In this document: one piece after another, positions 1 to 6,911 of the stretch
Layout of the letters: each line of letters starts with the position of its first letter
How positions within the stretch are numbered: position 1 is the first letter of the stretch
Assembly: GCA_002952755.1 (NCBI GenBank)
Contig: CP025011.1
Span: 180,001-212,000 of the forward strand
Reading direction: 5' to 3'
Source: Candidatus Saccharimonadota bacterium
GTDB taxonomy: Bacteria > Patescibacteriota > Saccharimonadia > Saccharimonadales > UBA4665
DNA length: 32,000 nt
Notes under the pieces: model-generated
Told to the model about the DNA's origin: nothing
What the model saw: only the letters and a program-made list of their open reading frames with translations
The model's database searches: none
Made by a program: the position numbers and the translations under genes

Positions 1-32
1 GTTGGTCCTAGAAAATAGCTGGTTGTCAGATG

Positions 33-479
33 CTACGATCTTGTTGAGTTGAGTACCTGGCTAGCGTGGGAGATTTTGTTGAGCAAGACTGTGAATTGCT
101 CGATCTCGCCCGCATCCAGATTGGCTGTAAAACCACGCTCATTTTCATCTACCAGATGTTGGTAGATAGCGCTTCGAACCGCTACGCCTTTTGGTGTCAG
201 TTGCAGTACTTTGACGCGTCGATCCTTGGGGTGTGCGGCGCGTACGAGGAGTGCTTTACGCTCGAGTCCGTCAACCAGCCCGGTAACATTCGAGGGGTCA
301 CAGCCGAGCAGCATGCAAAAGTCACTCATAATCTGGTCGTTGTGCTCCTCCATCATCATCAACATAAAAGCTTGCGGGGCAGTAAGGCCGTACTCATTGC
401 CAACCTGGACAACCTGTTGTTTTATCAGGGTCATATAAGCAATGAGTGCTTGGTACAGTGATTGTAATGCTGCAGCCAT
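33..479 (-). CDS. MarR-family transcriptional regulator
   Basis: 148-aa ORF with a MarR-like winged-helix pattern (DPSNVTGLVDGLERKALLVR...DRRVKVLQLTPKG). It is divergent from an MFS efflux gene, the classic MarR/efflux layout. Confidence 0.85.
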   Translation of the reverse strand: MAAALQSLYQALIAYMTLIKQQVVQVGNEYGLTAPQAFMLMMMEEHNDQIMSDFCMLLGCDPSNVTGLVDGLERKALLVRAAHPKDRRVKVLQLTPKGVAVRSAIYQHLVDENERGFTANLDAGEIEQFTVLLNKISHASQVLNSTRS

Positions 480-496
480 ACAGCTCCTATAATATT

Positions 497-525
497 GTTG
501 ACATGCTCAACTATTTAGGTATACT
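497..525 (+). promoter_or_regulatory. Sigma-70-type promoter for the MFS gene, overlapped by a candidate MarR operator
   Basis: TTGACA (498-503), 16 nt, TATACT (520-525), located 57 nt upstream of ATG 583. The inverted repeat GTTGA-N5-TCAAC (497-511) overlaps the -35 element. Confidence 0.5.
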
Positions 526-582
526 ACCATTTAAGTATCTAGATTGTAAACCAAATAATGCGAAAGCTAAAGTGAGGAAAAA

Positions 583-2028
583 ATGAAAGAGAAAGTAAGA
601 AATCACTGGCTCATTTTGGCCCTACTGGCCTTAGCTCAATTTATGGTGGTGCTTGATGTGTCGATTGTGAATGTCGCCTTGCCAGCCATGCAGCGTACAC
701 TCCATCTCACTCCCACGAACCTCCAATGGGTGATTACCGCATATACGCTTGCTGCCGGAGGCTTCTTGATGCTGGGTGGCCGTGCCGCCGACTTATATGG
801 GCGTCGCCGGATGTTTATGATCGGTATCTTGTGTTTCATCATTGCCAGCCTCGTCGATGGATTGTCGGTAAACGGCGGAATGCTTATCATTCTTCGAGCT
901 GTACAGGGGCTTTCGACTGCCTTTATGTCTCCAGCGGCGCTCTCTATTGTGTTGGTGACATACAAGGAAGGTCATGAACGTAACGTAGCGTTATCGGTCT
1001 GGGGCGCAGTAGCAGCCGGTGGGGCAGCGGTTGGATTATTGCTCGGTGGTTTGCTGACCCAATACCTGAACTGGCGCTGGAATTTCTTCGTAAATGTCCC
1101 CGTTGGATTGCTTGTGATGCTCGGCGTGTATAAGCTTGTTCCGGCACACGAGTCCGAAGAAACGCATAACAGCCTTGATCTGCCTGGCGCACTGACAATT
1201 ACCTCGGGCATGATGCTGATGGTATATGGTTTAGTAAAGGCTCCTAGCTATGGTTGGGCATCGCACACTACCTTGCTGTTCCTGGGCGGCGCAGTGGCAC
1301 TGCTTGCAGCCTTTGTGGTGAACGAACAGCGGGCCAAGCATCCGCTTGTACCACTGTCGATTTTTAAGATTCGTAACGTAACTGGCGCCGATCTCATCCA
1401 GTTGCCTATGACTGCCGCTATGTTCTCGATGTTCTTCTTCACCTCCCTTTATCTGCAGAACGTACTACATTACTCTCCTGTTCGCACAGGCACCAGCTTC
1501 TTGGTCATGCCTGTCGTGCTTGCAGTTGCTGCTACCAACGCACCGCGTTTGGTGAAGCGAGTGGGCTATAAGAGAATTCTGATGACTGCTCCTGTGGTTG
1601 TAGCGGTTGCGCTATTCTGGCTCGGCCATATAACCGTGCAGGGAAACTATCTGCAGCAGGTTCTGCCGCCACTCGTCATAATGGCGATCGGTATGGGTTT
1701 TTCATTCGTGAGCGTTACGATTGCCGCCACCTCGGGCGTACCGGGTAACAAATCTGGCTTGGCTTCGGGCCTGCTTAATACGTCGCAACAAATTGGCGGG
1801 GCACTGGGCCTGGCCATCCTCTCGGGTATCGCGGCTTCTAGCACAACGAAATATCTGACGCATACGGTACATGCCACCCCAGATGCCGCTCTCGTACACG
1901 GCTTCCATCAGGCCTACTTTATAGGCGCAGGTTTTGCCATTGCTGCCGCTGCCATAGCCACGTTTGTTATTAAGCAACAGGCGCCAGGCGCGGAGCCAAT
2001 GCCAGAAATTGCTCCCAGCGCGCATTAG
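583..2028 (+). CDS. MFS transporter, DHA2 (EmrB/QacA-like, 14-TMS) drug:H+ antiporter family
   Basis: 481-aa highly hydrophobic ORF. The N-terminal pattern LDVSIVNVALP...LQWVITAYTLAAGGFLMLGGRAADLYGRRRMF is typical of DHA2 MFS. An SD-like GTGAGGA lies upstream of the ATG. Confidence 0.9.
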   Translation: MKEKVRNHWLILALLALAQFMVVLDVSIVNVALPAMQRTLHLTPTNLQWVITAYTLAAGGFLMLGGRAADLYGRRRMFMIGILCFIIASLVDGLSVNGGMLIILRAVQGLSTAFMSPAALSIVLVTYKEGHERNVALSVWGAVAAGGAAVGLLLGGLLTQYLNWRWNFFVNVPVGLLVMLGVYKLVPAHESEETHNSLDLPGALTITSGMMLMVYGLVKAPSYGWASHTTLLFLGGAVALLAAFVVNEQRAKHPLVPLSIFKIRNVTGADLIQLPMTAAMFSMFFFTSLYLQNVLHYSPVRTGTSFLVMPVVLAVAATNAPRLVKRVGYKRILMTAPVVVAVALFWLGHITVQGNYLQQVLPPLVIMAIGMGFSFVSVTIAATSGVPGNKSGLASGLLNTSQQIGGALGLAILSGIAASSTTKYLTHTVHATPDAALVHGFHQAYFIGAGFAIAAAAIATFVIKQQAPGAEPMPEIAPSAH

Positions 2029-2051
2029 GAATGCCTCCCTATTTGCTAGAA

Positions 2052-2084
2052 ACTGCCTTGCACTGTGCGGCGGCGCAAGGCAGT
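2052..2084 (+). terminator. Hairpin downstream of the MFS gene (possible intrinsic terminator)
   Basis: 10-bp perfect stem ACTGCCTTGC / GCAAGGCAGT with a 13-nt loop, 24 nt after the stop codon. It is not followed by a clear T-tract. Confidence 0.4.
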
Positions 2085-2151
2085 ACTAATAAAATCCATT
2101 AGCAAGCAAGGTCGAGAGTCTTCCTTAATGTAATGAAACTAATGTCTAATT

Positions 2152-2219
2152 CTATAACTATACAAAGAAAAGCCGAACAAATTGATAGCTTTGAGCGGCT
2201 TTTCTTTGTATAGTTATAG
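2152..2219. repeat. 24-bp perfect inverted repeat (AT-rich hairpin, 20-nt loop)
   Basis: CTATAACTATACAAAGAAAAGCCG (2152-2175) is the exact reverse complement of CGGCTTTTCTTTGTATAGTTATAG (2196-2219). Confidence 0.9.
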
Positions 2220-2281
2220 CATAAGCTCTATAGCTTAGTTGCGTGCAAAAAAGAAGCGCTCTCTCATGTGTCCAACATCGA

Positions 2282-2327
2282 CACGAGCACTCAGGCTATG
2301 CCCACCCAAAAAGTCTGAGTGCTCGTG
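2282..2327. repeat. 13-bp perfect inverted repeat / hairpin in a non-coding gap
   Basis: CACGAGCACTCAG (2282-2294) pairs with CTGAGTGCTCGTG (2315-2327), with a 20-nt loop. Confidence 0.8.
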
Positions 2328-2618
2328 CCCTTGCTGCGTCACTGAAGAGCTGCAAATCCTGCGCTATTCTTGGCTCGCCCGTAACCCGATTCCTGCTCGA
2401 ACGTGGCGGCGACGTATGTATGTTCAAATGTGCAAAAATACGAACCTCGAATAATCGCACTTTCCATTATTACCCTCAATTATTAAAAAAGTACTAACTG
2501 TAACATATATTCTTATATGTGGTGACACTCTAGGTGGGAGAGTTACCTCTGGCAGATTAAAAGTTAATGACAATTTAATCATCGAGTTGATAAGATTACC
2601 TACGTAACGGTGCAGCAC

Positions 2619-3290
2619 ATGAAAATCCTGTTAATTGAAGATAATCGTTCCCTAGCTGAGAGTCTCAAACGTCAATTGGGCAAGAATTTTATTGTCGAAA
2701 TGGCCAATAGCGGCGAAGAAGGGCTCCAGTTGGCGCTTGCTGGTGGGCAGGATGTGATTATTTTGGATTTATCCCTGCCAGATATGAGCGGGTACGATAT
2801 TTGTCGGACCATCCGTTTGAGTAATGTACATACGCCGGTCCTTATTTTAACCGGCGCGGACGACATCGCCAGTCGCGTAGCCCTACTCAACGCTGGTGCT
2901 GACGACTACGTCACCAAGCCATTCAGCATTGCCGAATTAAAAGCGCGCCTTGGGGCACTGCTCAGACGTGCGCCTGCCGCGTACAGCACCAATATACTTA
3001 CTATTCAGGATCTGGTTATTGATCCTAACCGTCGTCGGGTCGAACGTAGCGGCATTGCCATCGACCTCAGGCGTAAGGAGTTCGATATTTTAGAGTACCT
3101 CGCCCGTAACCGCGGACGTCCGGTTACGCGAGCGATGATTTTGGACCACGCCTGGGACGGCACCAAAGATACCTGGAACAATACAGTAGATGTGCATATC
3201 AAACATCTACGCGATAAAGTTGATCGTCCGTTTGGCGCGCCGCTCATTAAGACGGCATATGGCATCGGCTACATGATTGATGACATGTAG
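2619..3290 (+). CDS. OmpR/PhoB-family DNA-binding response regulator
   Basis: Receiver domain (MKILLIEDN...VIILDLSLPDMSG...TKPF) plus a winged-helix output domain (LRRKEFDILEYL...VDVHIKHLRDKV...YGIGY). ATG 2619 is preferred over the GTG at 2610 given in the ORF track. Confidence 0.92.
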   Translation: MKILLIEDNRSLAESLKRQLGKNFIVEMANSGEEGLQLALAGGQDVIILDLSLPDMSGYDICRTIRLSNVHTPVLILTGADDIASRVALLNAGADDYVTKPFSIAELKARLGALLRRAPAAYSTNILTIQDLVIDPNRRRVERSGIAIDLRRKEFDILEYLARNRGRPVTRAMILDHAWDGTKDTWNNTVDVHIKHLRDKVDRPFGAPLIKTAYGIGYMIDDM

Positions 3291-3318
3291 ATAATGGGGG
3301 AGAAGGGAGGGGATTCTG

Positions 3319-3426
3319 ATGAGCGATATAATGAAGAGTATTCTGACCGACAAGAACGCACGGGATGTGTCAGTGGTAGAGCAGAAATTGATGACGACTG
3401 CTGAAACTGCAACATCTTGGTTCTAG
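3319..3426 (+). CDS. Candidate small ORF (35 aa) between RR and HK: MSDIMKSILTDKNARDVSVVEQKLMTTAETATSWF
   Basis: Hand translation; it is below the 60-aa cutoff of the ORF track. A strong SD, GGGAGGGG (3305-3312), lies 6 nt upstream of ATG 3319. Same strand as the flanking RR and HK genes. Trp is the penultimate residue. Confidence 0.4.
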   Translation: MSDIMKSILTDKNARDVSVVEQKLMTTAETATSWF

Positions 3427-3451
3427 CGGCTGGCGATATGAGTCCCTCATT

Positions 3452-3583
3452 ATGAGAGCACGTTTTGAAGGGCGAGGTGCCGCATGTGCCAAACTGCCTA
3501 CTTACTATACTGGTATACTAAAAGAGATACCACATAGTAACAAGAGAGCGTTTTGGCCATCGGCACCATTTTTATTCGAGTAA
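3452..3583 (+). CDS. Second candidate small ORF (43 aa): MRARFEGRGAACAKLPTYYTGILKEIPHSNKRAFWPSAPFLFE
   Basis: Hand translation. It ends 7 nt before the HK ATG (3591). No recognisable SD, so it is much weaker than the 3319 ORF. Confidence 0.15.
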   Translation: MRARFEGRGAACAKLPTYYTGILKEIPHSNKRAFWPSAPFLFE

Positions 3584-3590
3584 GTTACGA

Positions 3591-4961
3591 ATGCAATTGA
3601 TGATTCGGCGTATCTATAACATATTTATTGCACCCAAGCAACTTAATGAAGATGTACGGAATCGTGAGGTTGTGCTCAATGCGCTCCTTGCGGCATCGTT
3701 ATTGGGGCTGGGTTTGGCTCTTCTATTGTCGCTATTTAGTGTATTCGTTTTACATCACGAGTATGCGCGGGTAGGACTTATCACTATTGGAGTCGCGCTA
3801 ATTTGTGTGGTGGGCCTGTATGGCTTGTCGCGCAGAGGAGGGCGATTTCGTCTAGCCGCCGCCCTTCTTGTTGCCATCTATAGTCTTATTGCAGCTAACC
3901 TTATTTACCGATCCGGTATTACCATTCCGTCAGGCGAATTATTATTTGGTCTCGTGATTGTGCTCGCCGGCATCTTGCTTGGATCGAGTTATTCATTGTA
4001 TGCGGCTACAGGAGCTGGCATATGGGTAATATCTATTCAGGAGGCGACAAGGCAAGGAGCTATACATCCTGATTTGTCGTGGATTAATGTCCAGCCGTCC
4101 TTGGGGGACGCCGCAGGTTTTTGTTTATTGTTTGCTATCATTGCGCTCGTTTCTTGGTTGTTTAATCGACAAATGGAGCAATCGCTTTTTAGGGCGCAGC
4201 GGGCCGAAAAGGCTTTGATGCACCAAAAAGAGATTTTGGAATCAACGGTAGAAGAACGGACGCGCGAGCTACAAGACGCCCAGCTCGAGCGTATGCAACA
4301 GCTCTACCGTTTTGCTGAGCTTGGTCAACTAAGTACAGCGCTCATGCACGAGTTGGCTAATCATCTGACGACGCTCACGCTCGATATCGAAGGACTCGAA
4401 GGCCAAACACGTTCGCGTATGCTCAGCCGCGCCAAGCGCAGCATTCGCTATATCGATACTATGGTGCTTCGGGTGTGCGATCAGCTGCAAGGGCGGAGTA
4501 ATGTAAAGGCGTTCAGCATTGCAACGGAGCTTGATGAGGTGGTGCAAATTTTAAACCACCGGGCGCAAGAGGCTCATGTTCGCCTGCGCTGGCAAGCGCT
4601 TGGGGATCGAAAGGCGCTGCGCTGCTACGGGGAACCTTTCAAGCTTCGACAATTACTGGCGAATCTTATTTCGAATGGCATCGATTCGTATGAAGGTAGC
4701 TTAGAGGAAAAACGTGAAGTGCTCGTGACTGCCCAAGTGATCGATACTGATGTTGAATTGAAAGTGCACGATTGGGGCAAGGGTATCCCTGCAGAAAAAC
4801 GGGCGCAATTATTCGAGCCGCTGTACAGTACCAAGAAGACGGGAATGGGTATGGGGCTGTTTATCGCCAAGCAGATCGTAGAAGAGCATTTTAAAGGCGT
4901 GATTGCCGTTGACGACACCGAAGATCATACCGTTTTCATGGTCAGGCTCAAAAAGGTGTAG
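3591..4961 (+). CDS. Sensor histidine kinase with a polytopic (about 5-6 TM) N-terminal membrane domain
   Basis: The N-terminal 190 aa form hydrophobic helices joined by very short loops. These are followed by a coiled-coil linker, an H-box (LSTALMHELANHL) and HATPase_c motifs (LISNGIDS...HDWGKGIP...GMGMGL). Confidence 0.9.
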   Translation: MQLMIRRIYNIFIAPKQLNEDVRNREVVLNALLAASLLGLGLALLLSLFSVFVLHHEYARVGLITIGVALICVVGLYGLSRRGGRFRLAAALLVAIYSLIAANLIYRSGITIPSGELLFGLVIVLAGILLGSSYSLYAATGAGIWVISIQEATRQGAIHPDLSWINVQPSLGDAAGFCLLFAIIALVSWLFNRQMEQSLFRAQRAEKALMHQKEILESTVEERTRELQDAQLERMQQLYRFAELGQLSTALMHELANHLTTLTLDIEGLEGQTRSRMLSRAKRSIRYIDTMVLRVCDQLQGRSNVKAFSIATELDEVVQILNHRAQEAHVRLRWQALGDRKALRCYGEPFKLRQLLANLISNGIDSYEGSLEEKREVLVTAQVIDTDVELKVHDWGKGIPAEKRAQLFEPLYSTKKTGMGMGLFIAKQIVEEHFKGVIAVDDTEDHTVFMVRLKKV

Positions 4962-4964
4962 GCT

Positions 4965-6911
4965 TTGGGGCAGGCGCAGGACGAGATCGTAAAAAAGGCA
5001 GTAGCTTTTTTAAGCAATGTCCAACAAGCGGATGGCAGATTCCTGAGTTATTCCAGCTCAAAAGAGCGGCCATTTATTGCCGAAAAAACATACTGCACGA
5101 CGTTCGGCCCTTCGCTCATACTGGCGGCCTTAGCTGGGGCGTCCAAAGCGTCCGCCATTTGCGCCAGACTCGCCTTATGGCTTGCCGATCAACGTAGCGA
5201 CGGCTGGTCGTTTAATTATTGGGCGCACGCTGCGCCAGAGCGCCAGACGCTACCTTATCCAGACGATCTGGATGATACCTTTTGCGCGCTTATCGCGTTG
5301 CACAGGCAGGAGCCGGACCGTACTAATGAAGCTGTGTTAGGCTGCGTGGTACGCCTACTGGTAGCGGCAGAGAGCAGGGTTGGCGGGCCGTATGAAACAT
5401 GGCTTGTACCCAAAGAAGCCAAAAGGGTGTGGCACGATGTGGACCTAGCAGTTAATAGCAATATTGCCTATTTTTTGGGATTAGTCGGCACCAGACTACC
5501 TCAGGTAGACGCCTTATTGCAGACGGCGGTTATCTCTGGTATGTTCGCTTCTCCTTACTATCCCTCTGAGTACTCAATTCTATACTATGTATCGCGGGCA
5601 TACGCCGGACCAGACAAAACGCGACTCATTGCTCATATTTTAGCTAAGAGACAGAATGGACATTGGCCCTCGGTGTTAGCTACCGCGCTCTCGATAACTT
5701 CGTTGCACGCCTTAGGTAGTGTTGACGCACAAAGTGAGGCACGACAGTATTTGTGCGATATGCAATTACCCGATGGATCCTGGCCGGCCGAGGCATTTTG
5801 CCTGGATCCTTCTCGAAAAGGTCAGGCATACTTTAGCGGTTCGTCAGCCCTTACGACTGCTTTGGTTCTAGAAGCGCTTACACACAGTACAACACCGGAG
5901 CCTGCCAGGGTGTCGGCTGTTGAAGCTATGCCGGATACTCATGAGGCACAACTGATAGAGCGTATCGCTGTTGCCGCAGAACAGAGCTGTGCTGCATTCG
6001 ATCCAGAGTTGCGCTATGCCACCATCCGACACCTGCGCGCAATACAAAAGAGCAAGCATAGCCGCGAAATCACTCTATTACCGTATTTATTTGCCCGATC
6101 ACTTACGGAACCGCCATCATTTTCTGATGATGTATTAGTACGACTAGGGCTCGCCAATCTGTATGGATGGCTCGCCTATACAATCTTTGATGATTTTTTG
6201 GATGATGAAGGTCGTCCTCAAGATGTGCCAGTTGCTTGTGCTGCGCTCCGTCAGTCGCTGCATTTATTTGAAGATGCGCTGCCGGATGCCTCGTTTCGTA
6301 AGTATGCTCGACAAACATTCGACCATATTGATGCTGCCAATGCCTGGGAGGCCGCTCATTGCCGGTTCCAAGTCGATACTCAACACATCACCATTGCCAA
6401 ACTCCCTAGTTATCACCGCTCGAACCACCTCTATCAGCGTTCGCTTGGTCATACACTAACACCGCTGGCAGTGTTGGTTGCCCAAGGGTATTCGCTCGAC
6501 GAACCTGCGGTTATTGCCTGCAAGCAGGCCTTGCAGCATTATCTAGCTGCCCGTCAGCTTAACGACGACCTGCATGACTGGGAAGAGGATGTATCCCGCG
6601 GGCATAGTAGCTATGTAGTAACGGCAATTCTGGCTAATTTACATATACCCCTTGGAAAACAGCCTCTAAAGTCGCTCGTTGCCCGGATGCGCCGTCAGTT
6701 TTGGCACCATACGCTGCTTGCAGTTTGTGAGGATGCCGATCGTCACATCCGTTTAGCTCGTCGCTATCTGAAGCAAAGTAATTTACTGCAAGATGAGAAT
6801 AGTGTTACTGGACTGCTTGACGGGCTTGACGCCAGTGTCGCCCGCACTCGATCCGAGCAAAGCAAGGCAGAGGCATTTCTGGCTGCCTATCAGGGAGAAA
6901 ATAAGTCTTAG
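4965..6911 (+). CDS. Two-domain terpenoid-enzyme-like protein: N-terminal cyclase/prenyltransferase-like alpha/alpha toroid plus C-terminal isoprenoid-synthase-like helical domain
   Basis: TTG start 3 nt after the HK stop, with AAGGTG upstream. N-terminal half: four QW-like repeats (KAVAFLSNVQQADGRF, ARLALWLADQRSDGW, IAHILAKRQNGHW, ARQYLCDMQLPDGSW) and DDLDDT (nt 5262-5279), which resembles the class II cyclase DxDDTA motif. C-terminal half: FDDFLDDE (nt 6189-6209) and QLNDDLHDWEED (nt 6561-6590), i.e. a DDxxD motif plus a second Asp-rich / NSE-like motif 125 aa apart. Confidence 0.6.
   Translation: MGQAQDEIVKKAVAFLSNVQQADGRFLSYSSSKERPFIAEKTYCTTFGPSLILAALAGASKASAICARLALWLADQRSDGWSFNYWAHAAPERQTLPYPDDLDDTFCALIALHRQEPDRTNEAVLGCVVRLLVAAESRVGGPYETWLVPKEAKRVWHDVDLAVNSNIAYFLGLVGTRLPQVDALLQTAVISGMFASPYYPSEYSILYYVSRAYAGPDKTRLIAHILAKRQNGHWPSVLATALSITSLHALGSVDAQSEARQYLCDMQLPDGSWPAEAFCLDPSRKGQAYFSGSSALTTALVLEALTHSTTPEPARVSAVEAMPDTHEAQLIERIAVAAEQSCAAFDPELRYATIRHLRAIQKSKHSREITLLPYLFARSLTEPPSFSDDVLVRLGLANLYGWLAYTIFDDFLDDEGRPQDVPVACAALRQSLHLFEDALPDASFRKYARQTFDHIDAANAWEAAHCRFQVDTQHITIAKLPSYHRSNHLYQRSLGHTLTPLAVLVAQGYSLDEPAVIACKQALQHYLAARQLNDDLHDWEEDVSRGHSSYVVTAILANLHIPLGKQPLKSLVARMRRQFWHHTLLAVCEDADRHIRLARRYLKQSNLLQDENSVTGLLDGLDASVARTRSEQSKAEAFLAAYQGENKS

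Noticed and set aside
636-2025. Multiple 60-110 aa ORFs antisense to or out of frame with the MFS gene. The same pattern occurs inside other long genes, e.g. 6970-7835, 21070-21552 and 22447-22962.
   Set aside because: They lie entirely within longer ORFs that have clear family motifs. Their composition is Arg/Ser/Cys-rich and low-complexity, as expected for off-frame translation.
2239-2497. Two overlapping + strand ORFs (71 and 84 aa) in the MFS-RR gap.
   Set aside because: They are Cys/Arg-rich with no SD, overlap each other in different frames and span a 13-bp hairpin. They are more likely non-coding sequence.
4965-5900. The N-terminal toroid of the 648-aa protein as a LanC-like lanthipeptide cyclase, which would also fit a nearby small peptide.
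   Set aside because: I see no LanC Zn-ligand motifs (WCxG, CHG) and no repeated GxxG pattern. The QW-like repeats and DLDDT fit terpene cyclase/prenyltransferase toroids better.
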